Positions 1 to 8,877 of a stretch of DNA of 64,000 nt are shown piece by piece (position 1 is the first letter of the stretch; every line of letters begins with the position of its first letter). The stretch lies in the IMG/VR virus record IMGVR_UViG_3300027996_002186, positions 310,001-374,000 of that record. One strand, 5' to 3'. The position numbers were made by a program, and so were the translations under genes. The notes beneath the pieces were generated by a model. That model did no database searches, was not told the DNA's origin, and worked only from the letters and a program-made list of their open reading frames with translations.

Positions 1-162
1 TGGTTTAATATCTGTCAGTTCAACTGATATTAAATCATCTGATATATCTCCACCAACCTTTGATATTACGCTTATAAGATCCGGTGAAAAATAAAGAAAA
101 GATTCATTCACTAAACTCTCTAGTAACAAGTCTTCTTTAAATTTATTATACTTACTAATCAT
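1..162 (-). CDS. Partial ORF (runs off window start); putative virion internal protein, paralog of 52390..53685
   Basis: Manual translation from CAT at 160-162: MISKYNKFKEDLLLESLVNESFLYFSPDLIS...; capsid-targeting-like leader; AATATATA motif at 168-175; not in ORF track. Confidence 0.65.
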   Translation of the reverse strand, partial: MISKYNKFKEDLLLESLVNESFLYFSPDLISVISKVGGDISDDLISVELTDIKP

Positions 163-228
163 AATTCTATATATTAACTTTGTTGATTCAAAATATTTGC
201 TTATCTTTATAAATAACAAAATATAAAT

Positions 229-714
229 ATGGAACTTATAAATTTAAAGAAACCTTTCGTTATAGTACTTATTGGACCGCCACTTTCAGGTAAAACAACT
301 TGGATAAGAAATAACTTTCCAGATACGGAAGTTATTAGCCGAGACGAAATACTTATGGAGGTTTATGGTTCCAGAAATTACTCAGAAGCTTTTAAGAATG
401 TGGACCAAAGAAATGTTGATAAAGTTCTTAAAGAAAGATTGGTTAATGCTGATAAAGAAATGAAGAATACTATTATTGATATGACTAATATGAGTTCTAA
501 AAGAAGAAGAGGAAACTTAGACTACTTCTCAGATGATTATTTCAAATTAGGAGTAATATTCCCAATTTTAAAGGATGAGGAATATGAAAGAAGAAATAAA
601 AAGAGAATTGAAGAAGAAAATAAAGACTTACCAATGCACATCGTTAAAAGGATGATATCACAATATCAAAATATTAAAGAAGATGAAGGATTTGATAAGA
701 TAATTTCTTTATAA
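229..714 (+). CDS. P-loop kinase, AAA_33 / polynucleotide-kinase-like domain
   Basis: Walker A GPPLSGKTT, SRDEI, IIDMTN motifs typical of Pnk-type kinase domains. Confidence 0.75.
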   Translation: MELINLKKPFVIVLIGPPLSGKTTWIRNNFPDTEVISRDEILMEVYGSRNYSEAFKNVDQRNVDKVLKERLVNADKEMKNTIIDMTNMSSKRRRGNLDYFSDDYFKLGVIFPILKDEEYERRNKKRIEEENKDLPMHIVKRMISQYQNIKEDEGFDKIISL

Positions 715-732
715 AGAAACTGAAAATATATT

Positions 733-762
733 ACTTTAAGGTGATTTATATTGCCTTAAAGT
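733..762 (+). terminator. Hairpin terminator after the kinase gene
   Basis: Inverted repeat ACTTTAAGG / CCTTAAAGT. Confidence 0.5.
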
Positions 763-763
763 C

Positions 764-793
764 TTGCCGTTTAAAATAATTTCCGTATATTTG
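764..793 (+). promoter_or_regulatory. Bacteroidota housekeeping-sigma promoter
   Basis: TTG (764-766), 19-nt spacer, TATATTTG (786-793), matching TTG-N19-TAnnTTTG. Confidence 0.7.
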
Positions 794-818
794 TTATACA
801 CTAAAAAACAAACACAAT

Positions 819-1175
819 ATGGGATTCATCGAAAAATGCACATTAGACCTTAATAACTTAGAAGTAGTTGATACTTATATATTTTCTGATTGGGATGAAT
901 TAATCTGTGAGCATGATGGTCACTATTCAAGTGATGATCAATATATTATATTCAAGTCTAATGGGATTGAAATGTGTGTAAACTTTGAATTAAGTGTTAC
1001 TGGTTACTATATTTATGATGAAGGTGATTATTGGACACCACCAAGTAGTGATTCTGAAATTACCGATGTTGAAATAAATATTGGTGATGTTTTAATTGAT
1101 GATTCTTATGAGTTAACATTAAATAAAGAAACTCTGAATTTACTCACAAATAAAATTAAGACTTTAATTAAGTAG
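819..1175 (+). CDS. Acidic hypothetical protein
   Basis: 118-aa ORF directly downstream of the host-type promoter. Confidence 0.6.
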   Translation: MGFIEKCTLDLNNLEVVDTYIFSDWDELICEHDGHYSSDDQYIIFKSNGIEMCVNFELSVTGYYIYDEGDYWTPPSSDSEITDVEINIGDVLIDDSYELTLNKETLNLLTNKIKTLIK

Positions 1176-1199
1176 TATATTTTTTTTTATATATACCTT

Positions 1200-1706
1200 A
1201 TGCGTATTAAAGGGGTATATGAATTTTTCGATGATGATGATCTAAAATCACAATTCGAGATCCCACATCTAAGAGGTGAAATGGGTGACGAAATTAGTAA
1301 ATGGAAAACATTTGCTGAACCTTTAGGTGATGAAACGCCAAAATCCTTTCTAAATAAAATAGCATTTAAATTTCCCGTACTTAAAAGTTTTCACCAAGAT
1401 GTGAAAACAACTGATGATAATGTTGAAATATATTGCTTTTATGATTACTCACAAGAAGTTTGTGAAAATGGTAATGAATATTATGTGCAGTTAGTTATAT
1501 CATATGATATAAAAACCAAAGAATACTTCATAAACATTGTTATAAGAAACAAAGATGATTACGAAGACCAAAGTAAATGGAAGAGGTATGATGTTGAAAC
1601 TAAAGATATTACTCAAGCTTATGGATTAATCGAATCCTTTTTAACTAGTTGTATAAAACTAAATGTTATAACTCCTGAGCAAAAATCTGCTTTACTATCA
1701 AACTAA
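1200..1706 (+). CDS. Hypothetical protein (late-promoter operon)
   Basis: ORF; TATATATA at 1188-1195; overlaps the next start codon. Confidence 0.6.
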   Translation: MRIKGVYEFFDDDDLKSQFEIPHLRGEMGDEISKWKTFAEPLGDETPKSFLNKIAFKFPVLKSFHQDVKTTDDNVEIYCFYDYSQEVCENGNEYYVQLVISYDIKTKEYFINIVIRNKDDYEDQSKWKRYDVETKDITQAYGLIESFLTSCIKLNVITPEQKSALLSN

Positions 1707-2143
1707 TGAAACATATTAAAACATTCGAAAGTAAATGGAATTTACCTCAAAATAAGAGGTTAATAGTTCAGGGATCATTTAATAAATCTAACTTTACTCC
1801 AGCAACTGATAAAGTTAATTTATCACAAATATACCAATATATTATAATTGAAACCGAGGGAGGTAATATTATAACAATTGATAAGAGTGGTGTTCTTGAT
1901 ATTTGGATGAATGATGATTCTGGTGTTACTTCTGCTATCAGAAAAGCACTCGATAATATAAGTGACGAAACTTATGATGATATATATTTTGAGGATTTCG
2001 AAGATTTTAAGTCATATGAATATATAGTGAATTTGTTAGATTACAATCCTATAAACTTCCAAGAGATTGAAAATATTTTGATAGACCACGGTTATAGTGT
2101 TGATAACATATGGGGAGCTATTGATAATTTACCACAAAAATAA
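1706..2143 (+). CDS. Hypothetical protein with capsid-targeting-like leader
   Basis: Starts MKHIKTFES. Confidence 0.6.
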   Translation: MKHIKTFESKWNLPQNKRLIVQGSFNKSNFTPATDKVNLSQIYQYIIIETEGGNIITIDKSGVLDIWMNDDSGVTSAIRKALDNISDETYDDIYFEDFEDFKSYEYIVNLLDYNPINFQEIENILIDHGYSVDNIWGAIDNLPQK

Positions 2144-2149
2144 AATTTC

Positions 2150-2656
2150 ATGAAATACATAAAACCATATATTATTTTTGAATCAAAAGAATTATCTGAA
2201 TATTTTGATATTTTCATAAAAAGTGATATCATCGATGATGATAATTACGTAAATAGTTTACGTCAAAACAATCTTTGGTTTAGAGAAATAAGTCTTCAAG
2301 ATTTCATGGGGAGTAAATATAAAAATTTCAGACAAAAGAGCGATTCAGTAAGAAGAAAGGAATTTAAAAAGTATACCGTCTCATCTACACCATATTCTCG
2401 TGCTAGACAGAAAGAAAATTGTTTATGTGTGCAAATTGGATCATCCTTTAATATAGATGATGTTGAAATTTATATCAGAAGAATGTTAGATTATGCTAAT
2501 GAAAATGGATATTCTTATGAAGTTAGAAAAGAATTACAAGCTAGTCGAAAAAGTATAGATATAACAAATCTAATTAATCGAAGACTCAAACGTAAGAACA
2601 ACAGGGTTAATACACAGAAGATTCTATCTATTCAAATTTTATTCTATAAAGAATAA
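2150..2656 (+). CDS. Hypothetical protein with capsid-targeting-like leader
   Basis: Starts MKYIKPYIIFES. Confidence 0.6.
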   Translation: MKYIKPYIIFESKELSEYFDIFIKSDIIDDDNYVNSLRQNNLWFREISLQDFMGSKYKNFRQKSDSVRRKEFKKYTVSSTPYSRARQKENCLCVQIGSSFNIDDVEIYIRRMLDYANENGYSYEVRKELQASRKSIDITNLINRRLKRKNNRVNTQKILSIQILFYKE

Positions 2657-2708
2657 ACTTTTACATAATCAAATACTATATACTATCTACTCATTAAAAA
2701 AGTAGAAA

Positions 2709-2985
2709 TTAATTACAAATTAATTTGGTAGAACGAAAGTCTATCCGTATATTTGTAAGACAATTAAAGAGAACCAGTAGTTTGCGGTTTGTTCCATAAA
2801 ACTATAATACGTCATACTTTAATTGTTTTTTGAAAATAATTATAAATAAATTAGGTAGAAGAGAAAAGTCTCCTTATATTTGTAAGAACAAACAAAGACA
2901 ATGAAGTCTTCAAAAAATAAAAAAAGAAATTATAAATAAATTAGGTAGAACGAAAAACTCTACTTATATTTGTAAGACAAACAAA
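2709..2985 (+). promoter_or_regulatory. Three tandem near-identical Bacteroidota-type promoters
   Basis: Repeat unit AAATWAATT(T/A)GGTAGAA..N..TATATTTGTAAGA; -7 boxes TATATTTG at 2748-2755, 2875-2882 and 2965-2972, each 20 nt after TTTG/TTAG. Confidence 0.75.
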
Positions 2986-2992
2986 ACAAAAT

Positions 2993-3088
2993 GGTCGGTT
3001 CGTCTAGTGGCTGGTTTTCTCTTGAGAGAATCTTAGGACGGTAACCTTTTCGGGTTACAGACAGAGTGTTCGATTCCTCTACCGACTA
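2993..3088 (+). tRNA. Atypical tRNA-Glu-derived element 1 (D-loop hairpin insertion, non-canonical anticodon arm)
   Basis: Acceptor GGTCGGT/ACCGACT; D-stem GTC/GAC with TAGTGG; ~22-nt hairpin insert 3011-3033; anticodon arm GTAACC-TTTTCG-GGTTAC; T-loop TTCGATT with a bulged stem; no encoded CCA. Confidence 0.7.
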
Positions 3089-3090
3089 CA

Positions 3091-4020
3091 AGAAGTTACT
3101 CAACGGAGTAACATATGTTCTTTGAAATGTTAAATACACAGAAACTCGACTTCGGTCTTAGAGTTCTTCGGAACAGAGTGGATGTAGGGCGGCTTATAGT
3201 CCTTAAATAAACCACGAAAGTGGGATAAAGTGGATACAATGTGTAAAATGTGTCTGCGGCTCGAACCTAGTTTGAGCTCGAGTAAGCAAGTGAGATATCA
3301 CCAATCTTGAAGTACCGAGGGTAACTCCGTAGGGAAATGGATTCGTGACTGGGCAATTTGTAGGTGTTCAGTTGAGGTCGGAAGACCAATAAGAATAACT
3401 CATAGAGATTATTACAAGAAGTGTTGACTATCCGGTTAATACCATTGTGTGTCTCAATCTGAGAGGTATCTCAAAGTCGAAAGACAATTCTTCGTACAGG
3501 TGGTGCTGTTGTAGAACATTAATCTCTCTACCAAGAGAGTAGATTGTAGCAGTCTAACAAACGTACAGTTGTGATGAAGATATCTTAAATGGTTGTGGTG
3601 GAGGCATCACACGGAGAAGTCCAGTATTCTTGAGACCAAAAATTTTGAGAGCTGAGAGGTAACCACTCCTTCGAAACAATCTACAAACACTTAAATTTAA
3701 TTTTAATTCAAAACTAAAAATAAATCGAAAGTGTTACCTAGTTACTAGTGAAAGGTGACTACTTAGTCGTGAATCGTTCACGGCCACGAAAGCTCGAAAG
3801 GCGGACGTGATTTCACTGAAAAACTTATAGGGTGTCGAAACCCGAATCAGGATGCGAATCTTGAATAAGCAGAGTAAGTGGAGAGTAATTAGTAACTCAA
3901 GAAGTGGTTAGTCTAACTAACCGTCACTGACAAGATACCGTTCACAAAAGAAACGGTGGATAAGTTGGGAATTAATAATCCAACTAAAGACTTGTCACTT
4001 AAAGATGTAATCTCAGTCTT
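3091..4020 (+). ncRNA. Large ornate structured RNA, GOLLD-like
   Basis: No ORF; GC content far above flanks; many UUCG/GNRA-capped hairpins (3148-3157, 3163-3174, 3212-3223, 3476-3485, 3848-3863); long-range pairs TGACAAG 3928-3934/CTTGTCA 3991-3997 and CTGAGA 3652-3657/TCTCAG 4011-4016; tRNA-adjacent phage context and size fit GOLLD; family assignment from recall only. Confidence 0.7.
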
Positions 4021-4028
4021 TTTTATAT

Positions 4029-4123
4029 GGTCAGTTCGTCTAGTGGTGGGGTCTCTTTTAAGATACTCCGAGGACAGTAACCTTTTCGGGTTATAAACAT
4101 TGGTTCGAATCCAATACTGACTA
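4029..4123 (+). tRNA. Atypical tRNA-Glu-derived element 2 (same architecture as element 1)
   Basis: Acceptor GGTCAGT/ACTGACT; D-loop hairpin insert GGGGTCTCTTTTAAGATACTCC (4048-4069); anticodon arm GTAACC-TTTTCG-GGTTAT; canonical T-arm ATTGG-TTCGAAT-CCAAT. Confidence 0.72.
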
Positions 4124-4201
4124 CAAAGTTTTCGTAGTGGTTAACTTCTCTTTAATTAGAGGGTCTGTTTTGAACAGTTTTGATTACCTAACATCATCTA
4201 T

Positions 4202-4239
4202 AAACCCATCAATAGATTTATTTCATTGATGGGTTTTTT
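4202..4239 (+). terminator. Intrinsic terminator closing the RNA locus
   Basis: AAACCCATCAAT / ATTGATGGGTTT followed by a T-run. Confidence 0.75.
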
Positions 4240-4286
4240 ATTTATATACAATTTGTAAACTTTTCCTTTTAAAATAAAATAATAGT

Positions 4287-4898
4287 ATGGGAAAAGAGAT
4301 GTTGAAAAATAAAGAGCTTAGGATGATGGGGTTAGTGCCTTACAACCTATCAGATATACAAAAAGGTATTCAATTTGGACACGCTGTTGTTGAGTATAGT
4401 CAAATGATTAAAAAATCCAATAAAATTACTCATATAAATAGATATGAAGATTGGGCAGATAACTGGAAAACATTTATAATATTGAATGGTGGTACATCAA
4501 ATCATTCGGTTAATAGGTATCAACCAAATGAGGAATTTATCGGGTCTATGGAAACAAATCTAGAGACTCTAAAAAAGGCCGGAATACCAGTTGGTGTTTT
4601 TTATGAACCAGATCTAAATGATATGTTATCGGGTATTGTTTTCGTAGTTCAAGAAGAAGTTTTTAATAAAAAGGATTATCCTGATTTTGAAGATTGGGTT
4701 ATTGAAAATTATGGTGGTTTATTAAAAGTAGATACTGATAATCAATCATATGCTGAATCATCTAAACAACTATCGATGATGATTAAATATTCAGAGGATG
4801 AACATGATCAAAAAATCTATAATAAATGGGTTGATTTCGTTGGTGGTAGTAGTAACGCATTTATGAAAGAATTTTTAATAAATTTTAGTTTAGCATAA
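4287..4898 (+). CDS. Peptidyl-tRNA hydrolase 2 (Pth2)-like protein
   Basis: QFGHAVVE, FIILNGG and FYEPDLNDMLSGIVF motifs as in phage Pth2-like proteins. Confidence 0.6.
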   Translation: MGKEMLKNKELRMMGLVPYNLSDIQKGIQFGHAVVEYSQMIKKSNKITHINRYEDWADNWKTFIILNGGTSNHSVNRYQPNEEFIGSMETNLETLKKAGIPVGVFYEPDLNDMLSGIVFVVQEEVFNKKDYPDFEDWVIENYGGLLKVDTDNQSYAESSKQLSMMIKYSEDEHDQKIYNKWVDFVGGSSNAFMKEFLINFSLA

Positions 4899-5320
4899 TG
4901 TCTATACCAGTATTAAAACAAAATAATAAACCACAAAGTAAATGGTTTAAAATAAAGGATGATACATTTTATTCTGAATCTATTTCCTGTCAGTTATCAA
5001 TAGGTTCTCATAGTGATATTGATATATCACTGGATTTAAATAAATATACGAATTATAGAAAATACTTTTATGATTTATTTGATAAGATGTATAATGCTAA
5101 TACTGGTCAACACGGATATAAGAAAGATTATATCTTTGATATAATAACCGCACATTGGAGAGGCATTGGATGTAGTATAAAAAGTATGGATATAAATACG
5201 AATGGTTTGCTAAACTTAGATATACGTTGTGACTATATAGATATGGAGAATATACAAGAAAGAAGAGAAAATATACTCAATGATATTTTAAATGAAACTT
5301 CTGATAAGAAAAATATATAA
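4898..5320 (+). CDS. Tail-tube-fold-like small protein with C-terminal RxxI/K tag
   Basis: KKDYIFD..HWRGIGCSIKSMD..LDIRCDY resembles tube proteins; ends RENILNDIL. Confidence 0.4.
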   Translation: MSIPVLKQNNKPQSKWFKIKDDTFYSESISCQLSIGSHSDIDISLDLNKYTNYRKYFYDLFDKMYNANTGQHGYKKDYIFDIITAHWRGIGCSIKSMDINTNGLLNLDIRCDYIDMENIQERRENILNDILNETSDKKNI

Positions 5321-5338
5321 ATTAAAATAACAAATAAT

Positions 5339-7453
5339 ATGGAAGAAAATAAAGAGAAAGAATATTTGGATAAAGTTGAAGAAGTGAAAGCTTCAATTGA
5401 TGATGGTGGTGATGAGGATAGATACATTTCTTCTAAGAAACCAGACCCGAAATCTAAAACTCCGGTATTAGATACTTATAGTCGTGATCTAACTAAGATG
5501 GCAGAAGATGGTAAGCTTGATCCAATTGTTGGAAGAGAAAAGGAAATCGAAAGAGTTTCTCAAATTCTTTCAAGAAGAAAGAAAAATAATCCGATTCTAA
5601 TCGGTGAACCAGGGGTTGGTAAATCTACTATCGCAGAGGGATTAGCACTTAGAATAGTTCAAAGAAAAGTTAGTAGAATTCTTTTTAATAAAAGAATTGT
5701 AATGCTTGATTTAGCTTCTATGGTAGCTGGTACTAAGTATAGAGGACAGTTTGAAGAAAGAATCAAAGCTCTTATGTCAGAACTTGAAAAAGATCCTGAT
5801 ATTGTTCTTTTCATTGATGAAATTCATACTATTATCGGTGCTGGTGGTGCATCAGGTTCACTTGACGCATCCAATATGTTCAAACCAGCATTAGCTCGTG
5901 GTGAAATACAAATCATTGGAGCAACTACACTTGATGAGTACAGAAAGCATATCGAAAAAGATGGGGCACTTGAAAGAAGATTTCAAAAGGTAGTTGTTGA
6001 GCCAGCAACACCAGAAGAGTCAATTCAAATTTTAAGTAACATACTTGATAGATATGAAGACCATCATAATGTTACTTATACACCAGATGCTATTAAGGCT
6101 TGTGTTGAATTAACAACAAGATATATGAATGATAGATTCTTACCAGATAAGGCTATTGATGCTCTTGATGAATCTGGGGCTAGAGTACATATCGCTAATA
6201 TAATTGTTCCAAAGGAAATAACTTCCATTGAGAAAAAGATTGTCGATATTAAAGAAATGAAGAACGATGTTATACGTTCTCAGAAATATGAAGAAGCGGC
6301 TAAACTAAGAGATGTTGAAAGACAACTTAATGAATCTTTGGATATAGCAAGACAAGCTTGGGAGGATGATTCAAAAAACAATAGACAAACTGTAACTGAT
6401 GAAAATGTTGCTGAAGTTATTTCGATGATGACTGGTGTACCTGTTAGTAAGGTAAACGAGAAAGAGAATACAAAACTTGGAAAGATGAAAGATGTAGTAT
6501 CATCTAAAGTTATTGGACAAGATGAGGCTGTTAAAAAGATTGTGAAAGCTATTCAGAGAGGTCGTGTTGGACTTAAAGACCCGAATAAACCAATTGGTTC
6601 ATTTATGTTCTTGGGACCTACTGGTGTTGGTAAAACACAATTAGCCAAAGAATTGACCAAGTATCTTTTCGACTCAGAAGAGTCTTTAATTAGAATTGAT
6701 ATGTCAGAGTATATGGAGAAATTCGCAGTGTCTAGATTGATTGGAGCACCTCCGGGATATGTTGGTCACGATGAGGGTGGACAATTAACTGAAAAAGTTA
6801 GAAGAAAACCTTATTCTGTAATCTTACTTGATGAGATTGAAAAAGCTCACCCAGAAGTATTTAACTTACTACTTCAAGTATTAGATGATGGTCAATTAAC
6901 TGATTCACTTGGAAGAAAGGTGAACTTCAAGAATACGATTATTATTATGACATCAAATACTGGTTCTCGTCAATTAAAAGATTTTGGTAATGGTGTTGGA
7001 TTTTCAACAAAAGCAAAACAATCGTCTAAAGGTGAACACTCCAATGCGGTTATTGATAAAGAGTTGAAGAAAAAATTCGCACCCGAATTCTTAAATCGTG
7101 TTGATGATATCATTATGTTTAACTCTTTAGATAGAGAAGATATTAATGAGATAATCAAGATTGAAGTTGCTAAAGTTGTTGAAAGAGTTGAGCAAATGGA
7201 ATTCACACTTGACTTTACAGACGAGTCTATCAATTATATAGCTGGTGAAGGATTTGATCCTCAATATGGGGCTAGACCTTTGAAAAGAGCAATTCAAAGA
7301 CACGTTGAAGATGTTCTAACAGAAGAAATCATTGAATCTAATCCACCTAAAGGATCTAAGTTAACACTTGATTATGATAGTGAAAATGAGAAAATGATTG
7401 TTCTTACTAAGAAGAAAAGAGCTACTCGTAAGAAAAAAGAGGGTGATGAATAA
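5339..7453 (+). CDS. clpC: ClpC-type Hsp100 AAA+ ATPase lacking the N-terminal Clp_N domain
   Basis: Two Walker A motifs (GEPGVGKS, GPTGVGKT), FIDEIH, UVR motif KYEEAAKLRD, GVGF ClpP-docking loop, GARPLKR. Confidence 0.9.
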   Translation: MEENKEKEYLDKVEEVKASIDDGGDEDRYISSKKPDPKSKTPVLDTYSRDLTKMAEDGKLDPIVGREKEIERVSQILSRRKKNNPILIGEPGVGKSTIAEGLALRIVQRKVSRILFNKRIVMLDLASMVAGTKYRGQFEERIKALMSELEKDPDIVLFIDEIHTIIGAGGASGSLDASNMFKPALARGEIQIIGATTLDEYRKHIEKDGALERRFQKVVVEPATPEESIQILSNILDRYEDHHNVTYTPDAIKACVELTTRYMNDRFLPDKAIDALDESGARVHIANIIVPKEITSIEKKIVDIKEMKNDVIRSQKYEEAAKLRDVERQLNESLDIARQAWEDDSKNNRQTVTDENVAEVISMMTGVPVSKVNEKENTKLGKMKDVVSSKVIGQDEAVKKIVKAIQRGRVGLKDPNKPIGSFMFLGPTGVGKTQLAKELTKYLFDSEESLIRIDMSEYMEKFAVSRLIGAPPGYVGHDEGGQLTEKVRRKPYSVILLDEIEKAHPEVFNLLLQVLDDGQLTDSLGRKVNFKNTIIIMTSNTGSRQLKDFGNGVGFSTKAKQSSKGEHSNAVIDKELKKKFAPEFLNRVDDIIMFNSLDREDINEIIKIEVAKVVERVEQMEFTLDFTDESINYIAGEGFDPQYGARPLKRAIQRHVEDVLTEEIIESNPPKGSKLTLDYDSENEKMIVLTKKKRATRKKKEGDE

Positions 7454-7474
7454 TTAAAAAAACATCAAAAAATT

Positions 7475-7506
7475 AAAGGGAGAAGGTTAACTTTCTCCCT
7501 TTTTTT
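7475..7506 (+). terminator. Intrinsic terminator after clpC
   Basis: AAAGGGAGAAGG / CTTTCTCCCTTT plus T-run. Confidence 0.75.
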
Positions 7507-7532
7507 GTATATAAAAAATAAATAAAAAATCA

Positions 7533-8114
7533 ATGACACTTTATGTTTTTATAACACACCAGAAAAATATTAATAATTGTTATGAAACAATATCCGAAAT
7601 GATGGATTCAGATTTCATAATTGTTCAAGGTGGATTCATTAAGAATGAATATGATGAAGAAAAAAGAATTCTAAATCTAAATTGTAATGATGGATATGCT
7701 GGACTTCCAGAAAAGGTAATGAAAACATTCCACTTTTTAATTAGTGATGATAGGTTCAATAAGTACACACACTTTTGTAAATTAGATGATGATATGAAAG
7801 TTACTAAACGGTTTGAAAATATCGAAGGTGATTATTTAGGAAATGTTCATTATGTTGATGGTAGTAGAAATTGGCACATGGGTAGATGTGGTAATTTTTG
7901 GGATAAAGTACCATATATGGGTGAGTTTACTCCTTGGTGTATGGGTGGGTTTGGTTATGTAGTTTCTAGAAATGCTTTAGAAAAAGCTTTACCTAATTTT
8001 AATTATCTAGATCACATCTACGAAGATCTTTATATTGGTATCCTACTCAAAAGTGTTGGGATAGAACCAAAGATGATAAATACAAAAGAGCATTTGGTTA
8101 GTCCAGATCATTAA
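7533..8114 (+). CDS. GT31/Galactosyl_T-like glycosyltransferase
   Basis: KLDDD (DxD), WCMGGFGYVVSR, YEDLYIGIL. Confidence 0.7.
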   Translation: MTLYVFITHQKNINNCYETISEMMDSDFIIVQGGFIKNEYDEEKRILNLNCNDGYAGLPEKVMKTFHFLISDDRFNKYTHFCKLDDDMKVTKRFENIEGDYLGNVHYVDGSRNWHMGRCGNFWDKVPYMGEFTPWCMGGFGYVVSRNALEKALPNFNYLDHIYEDLYIGILLKSVGIEPKMINTKEHLVSPDH

Positions 8115-8184
8115 TAAATTATGGAGAATAATAAAAACTATTATTTAAAATGAAAGTAGCGACAATAAAATAAAATTTAAGATA

Positions 8185-8862
8185 ATGAAAATAGGATTAT
8201 TAATAATAGCAACAAATAAATACTCGCAATTTTTACAACCACTAATTGAAAGTGCTGATAGGTTTTTTCTTAAAGACCAGGATGTAACATACTTTGTTTT
8301 TACTAATGAAGATATACAGATTAATACTAATAGGAAAGTAGTTAGAATTAATGTTGAGCATAAAGAGTGGCCCTGGATGACACTAGGTCGATATGAAATA
8401 TTCTCAAATAATTCAAACGAATTATCAAAAATGGATTATCTATATTATTGTGATGCAGATATGAGATTTGTTGATTTCGTTGGTGATGAAATTTTAAGCG
8501 AAAGAGTAGCTACACAACATTGTGGTTATTATGAAGTTAGAGGAACACCCGAAACGAATACAAATTCACTCGCATATGTTGCTCCGAATGAGGAAATGCA
8601 ATATTTAGCAGGTGGATTTAATGGTGGTACATCAGAAGAATATCTAAAAATGTCAAAAGTATTATCTGATAGAACTAATAATGATTTTGAAAAAGGTATT
8701 ATTGCTGTTTGGCACGATGAAAGTCATATGAATAGATATTTCATAGATAATAAACCAACACTTATACTAGACCCTAGTTATTGTTATCATGAGGGTAGTA
8801 ATAGACCATTTAAGCAAAGATTAGTAGCTTTATCAAAAAATCATTCAGAACTAAGAAAATAA
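8185..8862 (+). CDS. GT6 glycosyltransferase (ABO-transferase family)
   Basis: IATNKY, DADM, AGGFNGG, WHDESHMNRY. Confidence 0.9.
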   Translation: MKIGLLIIATNKYSQFLQPLIESADRFFLKDQDVTYFVFTNEDIQINTNRKVVRINVEHKEWPWMTLGRYEIFSNNSNELSKMDYLYYCDADMRFVDFVGDEILSERVATQHCGYYEVRGTPETNTNSLAYVAPNEEMQYLAGGFNGGTSEEYLKMSKVLSDRTNNDFEKGIIAVWHDESHMNRYFIDNKPTLILDPSYCYHEGSNRPFKQRLVALSKNHSELRK

Positions 8863-8877
8863 AAATAAAAATAAATT

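Noticed and set aside
2709-2985. Direct repeats as a CRISPR array
   Set aside because: There are only three imperfect copies with unequal spacing (127 and 90 nt), no cas genes and no palindrome. Each copy matches a Bacteroidota promoter.
3091-4020. Self-splicing intron, rRNA fragment or tmRNA
   Set aside because: The flanks are two complete tRNA-like units rather than split exons. I recognised no rRNA, tmRNA tag or intron core motifs, though a covariance search is needed to exclude them fully.
2993-4123. Calling the two elements ordinary tRNA-Glu or tRNA-Lys genes
   Set aside because: The anticodon loop is not 7 nt and the D-loop carries a ~22-nt insert, so canonical decoding cannot be supported.
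4126-4195. Third degenerate tRNA-like element (TAGTGG followed by hairpins)
   Set aside because: No acceptor stem or T-loop can be built; only local hairpins are present.
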